Of a stretch of DNA of 42,212 nucleotides, positions 18,322-25,967 are shown piece after piece; the first letter of the stretch is position 1, and each line of letters begins with the position of its first letter. Origin of the DNA: an uncultured Bacillota bacterium (GTDB lineage Bacteria; Bacillota_I; Bacilli_A; RF39; UBA660); contig OMSK01000099.1 in NCBI GenBank assembly GCA_900313725.1, positions 1-42,212 of the forward strand. Reading direction: 5' to 3'. The position numbers and the translations under genes were made by a program. The notes below the pieces were generated by a model that ran no database searches, was not told where the DNA came from, and saw only the letters and a list, made by a program, of their open reading frames with translations.

Positions 18322-19413
18322 TTACCTCCTCAATTCATCTAAATTATCTATTAAATAATGTAAGTTATTATAATTATTATTTTTTAATTTATTATAAAAA
18401 TAATGAACTAAAAATATAATATAATAATAATCATCTTTATCAAATTTAGATATATTAAATATACACATTAAACGCATTACAATAAAATATATCAAATCAT
18501 CATATATATCAAAATCTTTAATAATTTCCAAAAATTTTAAAATATATTGTTTTCTAATACTAGTTACTTCTAAATAACCGTTAATTTCTATTAAATTACC
18601 ATTTCTATAATTAATTTTAGGTTTATAGTATTTATTTTTTTTACAAATTTCATCATGATTATAAAATGATTTTGGATGATATTTTGGACAAATATACTGA
18701 TCAAATATTAATATGGAAACAAGACATATTGCAAATTCACCTATCGCATAATTATATCCTAATAAACTTATATCAAAAAAATATGGTGTCGTTGAAATGT
18801 TTAAAGAATTATGATCACCTTGAGTTACAAAACATAAATGTTGCTTATTTTTTTGAAAATATTTTTTTGTTTCTTCTAAAATTTCACTTGTCGAAATACT
18901 TTGATAGCCATTAATTACTACTTTCTTGTTGAATTGTTTTTCATTATCATACCAATTAATTAATCTTGAATTTATCCTATCTTTAAAGAATGCATCTATA
19001 GGTGACATATCATTCCAAATTCTTTTTTTAGAGCTTTCATTATAAATAGATAAAATTTTATTCATTTTATTTTCATTATAGTTCATTTTAAAGTCATTCT
19101 TCACAAAATAATCATTTAATAATCCATCATTATTTTTTATTCCTAAATCATATTCATATATGATTAAGTATAAATCATTTTTTATATGATATGAATTCAA
19201 ATGTTTCTTTATTGGAAAAACTTTTGAATACAAATTAATTGCTTTCTCTTCCTTTATCATTTCCTGATTAGAAATAATTTTAAAGAATCTTTTTTTATTT
19301 TTTTCAAATAAAATACCATTAATAGAATTGTTTTGACAATTAATATTTTTTATTATAATATCTGGTGTAATACTATTTATTTCTTCCAATAATTTATTAA
19401 TATTATAATTCAT
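18322..19413 (-). CDS. APH/choline-kinase-fold phosphotransferase-like protein (divergent)
   Basis: FFKII (beta3 Lys) ...EEKAINLY (alphaC Glu). Catalytic-loop-like QGDHNSLN (Dx4N, with His of HxD replaced by Gln). FFDISLLGYNYAIGEFA resembles the metal-binding D...E/D segment. Confidence 0.55.
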   Translation of the reverse strand: MNYNINKLLEEINSITPDIIIKNINCQNNSINGILFEKNKKRFFKIISNQEMIKEEKAINLYSKVFPIKKHLNSYHIKNDLYLIIYEYDLGIKNNDGLLNDYFVKNDFKMNYNENKMNKILSIYNESSKKRIWNDMSPIDAFFKDRINSRLINWYDNEKQFNKKVVINGYQSISTSEILEETKKYFQKNKQHLCFVTQGDHNSLNISTTPYFFDISLLGYNYAIGEFAICLVSILIFDQYICPKYHPKSFYNHDEICKKNKYYKPKINYRNGNLIEINGYLEVTSIRKQYILKFLEIIKDFDIYDDLIYFIVMRLMCIFNISKFDKDDYYYIIFLVHYFYNKLKNNNYNNLHYLIDNLDELRR

Positions 19414-20809
19414 TTTTTATTCTAATCTCATCTATTATTTTAAAAATTTTTTCTGTTCTATCACCAGACATATCATAATAATCTAAATTATTCTTTTTAC
19501 AATATTTTTTTATTTGCTTAGAATTATTTATAACTAATTCACAATAATCCAACAATTCACTATTTGACAAGCTATTTGTCCAATCATTCTCCGTATCATT
19601 AGTTCTTATATCATTATACAATTGTTGCGGAGTGCCATCATAACCCAATATAATAATTATAAATTTATCCTTATTAAATTGTGCTAAAAATCTATCCATA
19701 TCTAAATAACAACCCTCTATAACATAATTTATATCAATAGTACGTTTAGTAATATGATTTAATGATCTTATATAGCTTGTGATAAATCCAGATACTTCAT
19801 CTAATAATTGAGAATTTCTACGATTATGATTAATATTTAATTCTGGCATTCCAAATTGAAATGCTGTAATAATCGAATCCAATGATATCATATTATAATT
19901 AAACTTATGTGAGATTTTTCTAGCCAACGTGCTTTTTCCAGATCTACTACAACCATATATTATTATATTTTTTCTTATTTTCATTTCTTTTTTTATGTCA
20001 TAAATACTGGATAATAATTTAGTAGTATATTTAGAAATTTTTTTTACATAAAACAAATAAAAATCTTTTTTATATTTTGTTTTTTCTCTTATAGCATACT
20101 CCATCAATCTGCGTACTACGTCATAGTAGCAGTAAACATTAAATAGATTTACTGAACCAGTTATTGAATTTTTACGTAATCGATAATTATAATATGGTTT
20201 ATCAATATAATACAAATTTTTTATACTACAAAGAAGTTTAATAACCCACTCTTCGTCCTCATGAACAATACCTTCTATAAAAAACAATTTATTTTTTAAA
20301 ATTATATCTCTTTTTACAATAAAACGCCATACTGTAAAAATAATTTTACTTTGTTTAATATAATTTAGTACTTCATTCATCTTTTTGTTATTTATTCTAG
20401 TATAATCTATTTCTCTATCATATAAATCTCTGGCATCATCTTCTCTTATAGTTTTGAAATTTGAGATATATGTTTCTTTTTTTGTTTTTTCAATTACATG
20501 AAAAATATAATTTAAACTATCTATATCAATATAATCATCACTATCTAAAAATAATATGTATTCCCCGTTAGAATTGTTTATACCTATATTTCTAGCTGCT
20601 GATACACCAACATGTTCTGTGCAGAATACTTTTATGTTATTATATTTCTTACAATATTCATTACATATAGTCCTAGTTTTATCTGTTGATCCATCATCAA
20701 CAACAATTATTTCAAAATCATTATAATCTTGATTTACAAGACTATCTAAACATTCAGAAATATATTTTTCTACATTATAAGCAGGTATAATAATTGAAAA
20801 TTTACTCAT
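19403..20809 (-). CDS. GT2 glycosyltransferase fused to a C-terminal P-loop kinase-like domain
   Basis: FSIIIPAYNV..EIIVVDDGSTDKT, LDSDDY and HEDEEW (GT2). After about 280 aa, Walker A IIIYGCSRSGKSTLARKI with a small adenylate/gluconate-kinase-like alpha/beta region. Confidence 0.85.
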   Translation of the reverse strand: MSKFSIIIPAYNVEKYISECLDSLVNQDYNDFEIIVVDDGSTDKTRTICNEYCKKYNNIKVFCTEHVGVSAARNIGINNSNGEYILFLDSDDYIDIDSLNYIFHVIEKTKKETYISNFKTIREDDARDLYDREIDYTRINNKKMNEVLNYIKQSKIIFTVWRFIVKRDIILKNKLFFIEGIVHEDEEWVIKLLCSIKNLYYIDKPYYNYRLRKNSITGSVNLFNVYCYYDVVRRLMEYAIREKTKYKKDFYLFYVKKISKYTTKLLSSIYDIKKEMKIRKNIIIYGCSRSGKSTLARKISHKFNYNMISLDSIITAFQFGMPELNINHNRRNSQLLDEVSGFITSYIRSLNHITKRTIDINYVIEGCYLDMDRFLAQFNKDKFIIIILGYDGTPQQLYNDIRTNDTENDWTNSLSNSELLDYCELVINNSKQIKKYCKKNNLDYYDMSGDRTEKIFKIIDEIRIKNEL

Positions 20810-20831
20810 ATATATTTCCTCTTTCCTTTAA

Positions 20832-20872
20832 CAAAAAAAGTGCAAAACACCCCTTGGATGTTAATTGCACTT
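20832..20872 (-). terminator. Terminator-like hairpin inside the 5' leader of cluster A (candidate attenuator)
   Basis: Minus RNA AAGUGCAA..(ACAUCC-aag-GGGUGU inner helix)..UUGCACUU followed by U7. It ends only about 22 nt before the cluster A start codon, so cluster A transcription must read through it. Confidence 0.5.
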
Positions 20873-20917
20873 ATTAACTTCAAAAAAAATGCTGGTTTTT
20901 AATAATTTAATAAACAT
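20861..20917 (-). CDS. Candidate leader peptide MFIKLLKTSIFFEVNKCN (18 aa)
   Basis: RBS GGTGA lies 5 nt before the ATG. The last three sense codons and the UAA stop overlap the 5' arm of the 20832-20872 hairpin. Short ORFs arise by chance fairly often, so this is tentative. Confidence 0.3.
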   Translation of the reverse strand: MFIKLLKTSIFFEVNKCN

Positions 20918-20947
20918 ACCTATCACCAAACCCTAAATACAGTATAT

Positions 20948-20975
20948 ATTCTAACATAAAATTATTAATTGTCAA
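20948..20975 (-). promoter_or_regulatory. Candidate sigma-A promoter for the cluster A leader
   Basis: Minus strand TTGACA-16 nt-TAGAAT with TGt immediately upstream (extended -10 pattern), about 140 nt upstream of the GT2-kinase start. Confidence 0.5.
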
Positions 20976-20992
20976 TATAAAAGTTGTACTTT

Positions 20993-21511
20993 TTACAACT
21001 TTATCTCATCTATTATGTTTTTATTTATATCATATAAAGTGAATTTATGATTTTCATATATTAAATAACTGGGTTTACTATTACCTCTAGGAAGTGATAT
21101 TGAACCAACACAAATATAAATCATATCATCGTTCTTTTTGATATATGGTATGTGTTCATGTCCGTATATAAGTATTCCATTATTAAATTTTTTATTTTTA
21201 GAATAACTATATAAATGACCATGAGTTAAATATAGTTTTTTATTATCAACATCTAATTCTACTAAATCTGGTGTTGATGTATTTATTAATTTCACAATAA
21301 AATCTGAATCACAATTACCTCTAGTTATTATTAGTTTATTTAAATATTTATTTAAAAATTCAATAACATCTATACTATCATGATAAGAATAATAACTACA
21401 TAAATCACCTAATACAACTATTCTATCAAAGTTATTTTGTCTTTCTAATTCTTCTATATATTTTAAATTATCAATTTTACCATGTATATCTGAAAAGAAT
21501 AATATTTTCAT
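20993..21511 (-). CDS. YfcE/MJ0936-family metallophosphoesterase
   Basis: Motifs DIHG, GDLC, GNCD, THGH and GHEH in canonical order; 172 aa. Confidence 0.88.
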   Translation of the reverse strand: MKILFFSDIHGKIDNLKYIEELERQNNFDRIVVLGDLCSYYSYHDSIDVIEFLNKYLNKLIITRGNCDSDFIVKLINTSTPDLVELDVDNKKLYLTHGHLYSYSKNKKFNNGILIYGHEHIPYIKKNDDMIYICVGSISLPRGNSKPSYLIYENHKFTLYDINKNIIDEIKL

Positions 21512-21569
21512 ATTATCACCATTTAAATTATATCATTTTACATAATAAAAAGATACAATTATTATAATT

Positions 21570-21597
21570 AAAAGGGGTACAAATTGTACCCCTTTTA
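21570..21597. terminator. Bidirectional intrinsic terminator downstream of trpS
   Basis: AAAAGGGGTACA-A-TGTACCCCTTTT: a GC-anchored perfect stem flanked by A4 and T4 runs. Confidence 0.8.
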
Positions 21598-21617
21598 ATA
21601 TTTTTTCCTAACTAAGT

Positions 21618-21677
21618 TATCGACAAATTGTCGATATCATAATTTTCTTAATTATTTTAGGTTATATACAATTTGTA
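21618..21677. repeat. Two further palindromes sharing the ACAAATTGT core of the terminator stem
   Basis: TATCGACAAATTGTCGATA (21618-21636) and TACAATTTGTA (21667-21677). Together with GTACAAATTGTAC in the terminator, the centres are at about 21583, 21627 and 21672 (44-45 bp apart). Confidence 0.6.
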
Positions 21678-21707
21678 CATACCCTTATGTTTTCATATTT
21701 TTATGTA

Positions 21708-22703
21708 TTAATTATCATATTTTATTCCCATTTTTTCTCTTACTTCAAGTAATTTTTTAGAAGCTACTTTTTCTGCTTCAATAGCTCCATTATGTAGTAT
21801 TTTAATTAATTCATCATTATATCTATATTTTTTATATTTTTCTTGTATAGGTAATATAAATTTTTCTAATAAATCAGCTAAATCTTTCTTAAATGTACCA
21901 TAATTAGAATCTTTATATTTATCTTCTATATCTTTTATACTTTTATTTGTAATTGATGCATAAATAGATATTAAATTAGATATACCCGGCTTTTTTTCTT
22001 CATCAAAATATATTTTATTTTCACTATCTGTTACTGCACTCATTATCTTCTTTTTAGAATTATTAATATCATCTAATATAAATATTGTTCCTTTATCATT
22101 TATCGGAGATGATTTTGACATTTTTTCATTAGGATTTTGTAAATTCATTATTTTATGACCTATCTCTGGCACATAATAATCTGGTAATTTAAACATATCA
22201 CCATATCTTTTATTCATTCTCTCTCCTATATCTCTAGTTATTTCTATATGTTGTTTTTGATCAGATCCAACTGGTACTATTTCAGCATCATATAAAAGTA
22301 TATCAGCTGCCATTAAGGTTGGATAAATAAGTAGCCCTAAATCTATTCCATCTTTACCTTGTTTTTCTTTCTTTGATTTATATTGTGTCATTCTTGATAA
22401 TTCTCCTACTCGGCATTGAAATGCGACTAAAAATCCTAATACACTATGTTCATTAACATCACTTTGTACAAAGAAATTAGTATATTTTGGATCTACTCCA
22501 CAAGCTAAATAAGTTGCGGCTAAATCTAGAATTGTATCATGAATTTTTTTAGGTTCTTGATATGAAGTTAAACCGTGTAAATCCGCTATAAATATAAATG
22601 AATTATGTTCTTTTTGTAATTTAACAAAGTTTTTAATTGCTCCTAAATAATTACCTAATGTAAAATTTCCTGTAGGTTGAACACCAGTAATCATTGTTTT
22701 CAT
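21708..22703 (-). CDS. trpS: Tryptophanyl-tRNA synthetase
   Basis: 331 aa with the class I HIGH-region variant TGNFTLGNYLG, KMSKS present, and a typical TrpRS N-terminus GVQPTG. Confidence 0.95.
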   Translation of the reverse strand: MKTMITGVQPTGNFTLGNYLGAIKNFVKLQKEHNSFIFIADLHGLTSYQEPKKIHDTILDLAATYLACGVDPKYTNFFVQSDVNEHSVLGFLVAFQCRVGELSRMTQYKSKKEKQGKDGIDLGLLIYPTLMAADILLYDAEIVPVGSDQKQHIEITRDIGERMNKRYGDMFKLPDYYVPEIGHKIMNLQNPNEKMSKSSPINDKGTIFILDDINNSKKKIMSAVTDSENKIYFDEEKKPGISNLISIYASITNKSIKDIEDKYKDSNYGTFKKDLADLLEKFILPIQEKYKKYRYNDELIKILHNGAIEAEKVASKKLLEVREKMGIKYDN

Positions 22704-22717
22704 TTTGATCCTTCTTT

Positions 22718-23743
22718 CTAATTATAATATTCCATTATTTTTTTATATAAATCTTTTGTTTTTTCTAATGAATCTATTAATATGTATTCATTTTTTTGAT
22801 GTGATGTATCAGGACCTGGTCCAAGTATTATAAAGTTTTTATCAATAAATGATCCTTCTGTCACATAACATCTTGTTTCTTTTTTTGATGAAATATTCTC
22901 TAAAAAATCTATATTACTATTATTTAGTTTAGGTTTTATATTTACACATATAGTTAATTTAGAATCATATTTTTTTAATATACTTTTTATTTTATTTATA
23001 ATTTCATCTAAATGTTTTTCTTTAACTATTCTAAAATCCATGCTTATTTCACATTTACCCGCAAGAGAATTAATAGTTTCTCCACCCTTAATCATACCAA
23101 TATTCATAGTAGTATAAGGTATTTCAAAGTCTTCTACTTTATCTTTTTTTAATTCTTCATAATAATCTTTTATTTCATTAATAAATTTGATACATTCATC
23201 AATTGCGCTTATACCCTTATCTGGTGTTGAAGAGTGACATTTTATTCCATAGAATTCTATTTGTAATCCTAAAGCTCCTTTTGTTCCATATACAGGTATA
23301 TTATTAGTAGGTTCACATACAATAATATTATTAGATTTTACTCTATCTTTAATTGTTTTTATTCCTTCAAATCCTATTTCTTCATCATTAGTAAAATATA
23401 GTGATATTTTATTCTTAGTTAAATCTACTTCTGATATAGCTTTTAATATAGAAGCTAATCCACCTTTCATATCACAAGCACCTAATCCAATTAACATGTT
23501 ATCTATTTCTACTAATTCAAATGGATTTCCATCCCATGATTCATAATCAACTGTATCAGTGTGTCCCATAAAACCTATATTAGTATTCTTACTATTATAA
23601 GCTATTAGACATTTATCAATTCTTTCTATAGTAAAATTATAATCTTTTAAATATTTTTCAATATAATCCATTATTTCTTTATTTTGTTCATCTTTAATTG
23701 TATTATAACTAACCAATTTTTTTAATATTTCTTTTGTTTCCAT
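22718..23743 (-). CDS. M20-family metallopeptidase/deacylase (ArgE/DapE-like)
   Basis: GHTDTV, ACDMKGG, NDEEIG and EPT motifs; 341 aa. Only 14 nt upstream of trpS, so probably co-transcribed. Confidence 0.85.
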   Translation of the reverse strand: METKEILKKLVSYNTIKDEQNKEIMDYIEKYLKDYNFTIERIDKCLIAYNSKNTNIGFMGHTDTVDYESWDGNPFELVEIDNMLIGLGACDMKGGLASILKAISEVDLTKNKISLYFTNDEEIGFEGIKTIKDRVKSNNIIVCEPTNNIPVYGTKGALGLQIEFYGIKCHSSTPDKGISAIDECIKFINEIKDYYEELKKDKVEDFEIPYTTMNIGMIKGGETINSLAGKCEISMDFRIVKEKHLDEIINKIKSILKKYDSKLTICVNIKPKLNNSNIDFLENISSKKETRCYVTEGSFIDKNFIILGPGPDTSHQKNEYILIDSLEKTKDLYKKIMEYYN

Positions 23744-23776
23744 AATAATCTCCTTTCATCATATAATTTGCTTATA

Positions 23777-23810
23777 CAAAAAAAGAATACAGATTTACCT
23801 GTATTCTTTA
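23777..23810 (-). terminator. Intrinsic terminator inside the leader of the M20-trpS operon (attenuator)
   Basis: Minus RNA AAAGAAUACAG-GUAAAU-CUGUAUUCUUU followed by Us. It ends about 35 nt before the M20 start codon. Confidence 0.7.
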
Positions 23811-23872
23811 TATTTATATTTTATTCATACAGGTATAAGCAATACTAAAACCACTTATACCCATAACGATTT

Positions 23873-23932
23873 TTATCGCTTTGTATAAGTGTTACCTATA
23901 TGACGCCAAGTTCTAATAATTAAATTTTTCAT
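23873..23932 (-). CDS. Candidate Trp-containing leader peptide MKNLIIRTWRHIGNTYTKR (19 aa)
   Basis: RBS AAAGGAAG lies 8 nt before the ATG. There is one UGG codon (codon 9). Codons 15-17 form the first segment of a chain of mutually exclusive hairpins leading to the terminator. Confidence 0.4.
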   Translation of the reverse strand: MKNLIIRTWRHIGNTYTKR

Positions 23933-23978
23933 ATAAATAACTTCCTTTCTTATCTAAATATTAACATAAATATTTATA

Positions 23979-24404
23979 TTAGTCAATTTTTTTATTTATT
24001 TTCTTATTTACAATATCAAAATATAATTTAAATGAATCTGGGAAAGTTAACTCTTCAGGTGAAGGTAAAGTATCTGATAACCTAATTTGTTCCATTTCAT
24101 ATTCTTTAGGTAACTGTCCCATTTCTTCTATTTCACAATAGCAAAGTAATCCATATGTACTAATTTTATATATAGAAACAGGTATAACTTTTATTTTAGT
24201 TGCTCCAGTTTCTTCATACATTTCTCTTTTAGCTGCTTCTTGCCATGTTTCTCCTTCTTCTATATGTCCGCCTGGAATTTCCCAACCTTTTCTTTTTTTA
24301 TTATAAGCAAACACAAATTTATCTTTATATTTACTTACGCATACAACTCTAGTAAATTCTTTTTCATCAACAGTTCCTAAATCATAAAAATTAATTTCAA
24401 ACAT
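23979..24404 (-). CDS. NUDIX hydrolase
   Basis: NUDIX box GGHIEEGETWQEAAKREMYEETGA. Confidence 0.9.
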   Translation of the reverse strand: MFEINFYDLGTVDEKEFTRVVCVSKYKDKFVFAYNKKRKGWEIPGGHIEEGETWQEAAKREMYEETGATKIKVIPVSIYKISTYGLLCYCEIEEMGQLPKEYEMEQIRLSDTLPSPEELTFPDSFKLYFDIVNKKINKKID

Positions 24405-24421
24405 AATTTTTCCTCCACTTA

Positions 24422-24979
24422 TTAGTCAATTGTTTTTAAATATTCCGCTAACTTCTTATACATGTCTACACTCCAGAAATTCCATCTTTCTTCATCAGGA
24501 AAATTTCCTAGCGTTTTAGTTTCTCCATCTGGTATAAAGATAAAATCCCAACTCCATCCATAAGTACCTGATTTTTCTGTTGCGATTGTACCTCTAGTTA
24601 TTCCTTCAAATACTACTGGTTCTTTTCCTGGTTCAGCATATGCGATAGATTCTTTAAAATATGCTTTTCTATTTTCCATACCTTCCATTAATTTTAAAAG
24701 TCCATCTTCTCCTATTGTATCATCTGCATAATGTGTATATACTCCAGGAAATCCTTTTAGTCCTTCTACAAATAACCCTGAATCATTTTTAAGTACTGGT
24801 TTATTTAATTTTTCACAAGCCCATTTAGCTGAATAAATTGCAACTTCATTTACATCATCAGCTTGTATTTCTGGTGTTTCCATTTTAACATTATCTATTT
24901 CAAAACCAAGTGGTTCTAAAGCTTGTTTAGCACTGGCAATTTTAGCCCAGTTTCCTGTTACATATGTTATTTTTTTCAT
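24422..24979 (-). CDS. HAM1/ITPA-family non-canonical purine NTP pyrophosphatase
   Basis: TGN..K at the N-terminus, then PEIQ, NDSGL, GFPGVYT and WDFIFIP in ITPase order. The C-terminus is divergent. Confidence 0.8.
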   Translation of the reverse strand: MKKITYVTGNWAKIASAKQALEPLGFEIDNVKMETPEIQADDVNEVAIYSAKWACEKLNKPVLKNDSGLFVEGLKGFPGVYTHYADDTIGEDGLLKLMEGMENRKAYFKESIAYAEPGKEPVVFEGITRGTIATEKSGTYGWSWDFIFIPDGETKTLGNFPDEERWNFWSVDMYKKLAEYLKTID

Positions 24980-24991
24980 TGTTTCACCTCA

Positions 24992-25480
24992 TTAATTTTC
25001 TTCGCTATAATACCATTTATCAATTATTTTTTTGATATTTTTTATTTTATGTCCACTGTTTTTATATTCATTTAAATCATTTAAATATAGTATATTTTGT
25101 GATAAATGTATTGCATTTTTATAATGAAAAACTATATTATTTTTTATTTTTGAAATAGAATCTATTCTAAATTTATTAAATAAATTCTGAGTTTTTGGAA
25201 AACTATTATCTAATAATTTTATTTTTTGTTTATTACCGCTTTCATCATAATATACTACATTTATTACTGGATTATCCTTATCAAATGAAATATATTCATA
25301 ATCATCTAATTCAGATAATGAATCATTAAATTCATCTTTATATTTTTTTAATTCTGAAATTATTTTTCTTTTTAGATCTGCTTTCTTTATATTTTGAATA
25401 ATAATTGGTCCAAAAAGAAAGGTTGTTATAACAAATATAATCATAAATAATGGTACTAATAAATATTTTAAATTTTTCAT
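24992..25480 (-). CDS. Hypothetical membrane-anchored protein
   Basis: Single N-terminal TM (LLVPLFMIIFVITTFLFGPIII). No known motif. Confidence 0.55.
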   Translation of the reverse strand: MKNLKYLLVPLFMIIFVITTFLFGPIIIQNIKKADLKRKIISELKKYKDEFNDSLSELDDYEYISFDKDNPVINVVYYDESGNKQKIKLLDNSFPKTQNLFNKFRIDSISKIKNNIVFHYKNAIHLSQNILYLNDLNEYKNSGHKIKNIKKIIDKWYYSEEN

Positions 25481-25482
25481 AA

Positions 25483-25926
25483 TTATACCTCTAATTCATT
25501 ATAAACCTTATCCACTTCTTCTTTTTCTCCTTCAATAGCTACTACATTATAAACTTCTGGAGATTCATATTCATCTATTTCAAATTTAACATTATCTTTT
25601 TCATATATCTTTCTATTTCTAATTAAAGTAATATCTTTTTTATATTCTAGAAAATCTAATATAGAATTTATACTTTTTATATCATTAAATTCTAAAGGTA
25701 ATGATTCTTTTCTAATTTTTAAAATATCTTCTGTTAGATTATCTTCTTTAAAATCTAGAAACATTTTATTATCATTAATAGTTATTCTAGCCATAGTTTT
25801 ATTACTATTTCTATAAAGAGTTCTTGTTTGTTTTACTTTATCAATTAATTCATAGCCATTATTATTACAATAATCAATATATCTTTCTATACTTTCTACT
25901 TTAAAACTATATTCATATTCATTCAT
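25483..25926 (-). CDS. CYTH-domain protein (CyaB/ThTPase-like)
   Basis: N-terminal acidic beta strand EYEYSFKV and C-terminal VKFEIDEYESP..VVAIEGE resemble the CYTH ExExK ... LDxV..G.F.EIE pattern. The start is set at the ATG at 25926 (RBS AGGTGA) because the track start is a GTG. Confidence 0.5.
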   Translation of the reverse strand: MNEYEYSFKVESIERYIDYCNNNGYELIDKVKQTRTLYRNSNKTMARITINDNKMFLDFKEDNLTEDILKIRKESLPLEFNDIKSINSILDFLEYKKDITLIRNRKIYEKDNVKFEIDEYESPEVYNVVAIEGEKEEVDKVYNELEV

Positions 25927-25967
25927 AAATATCACCTATATATATTTTAACATATATAAGAAAAGTA

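Noticed and set aside
16530-20790. Sequence similarity of about 85% over roughly 50 nt between 16530-16580 and 20680-20730
   Set aside because: This reflects the conserved VVDDGSTD region of the two paralogous GT2 genes plus AT-biased codon use. It is not an independent repeat element, and it is noted under cluster A instead.
23744-23978. A T-box riboswitch upstream of the M20-trpS operon
   Set aside because: This is the expected arrangement for a Firmicute trpS. However, I find no GGUGGUACCGCG-like T-box sequence and no Stem I AGAGA/specifier architecture, unlike the proS leader in the same window.
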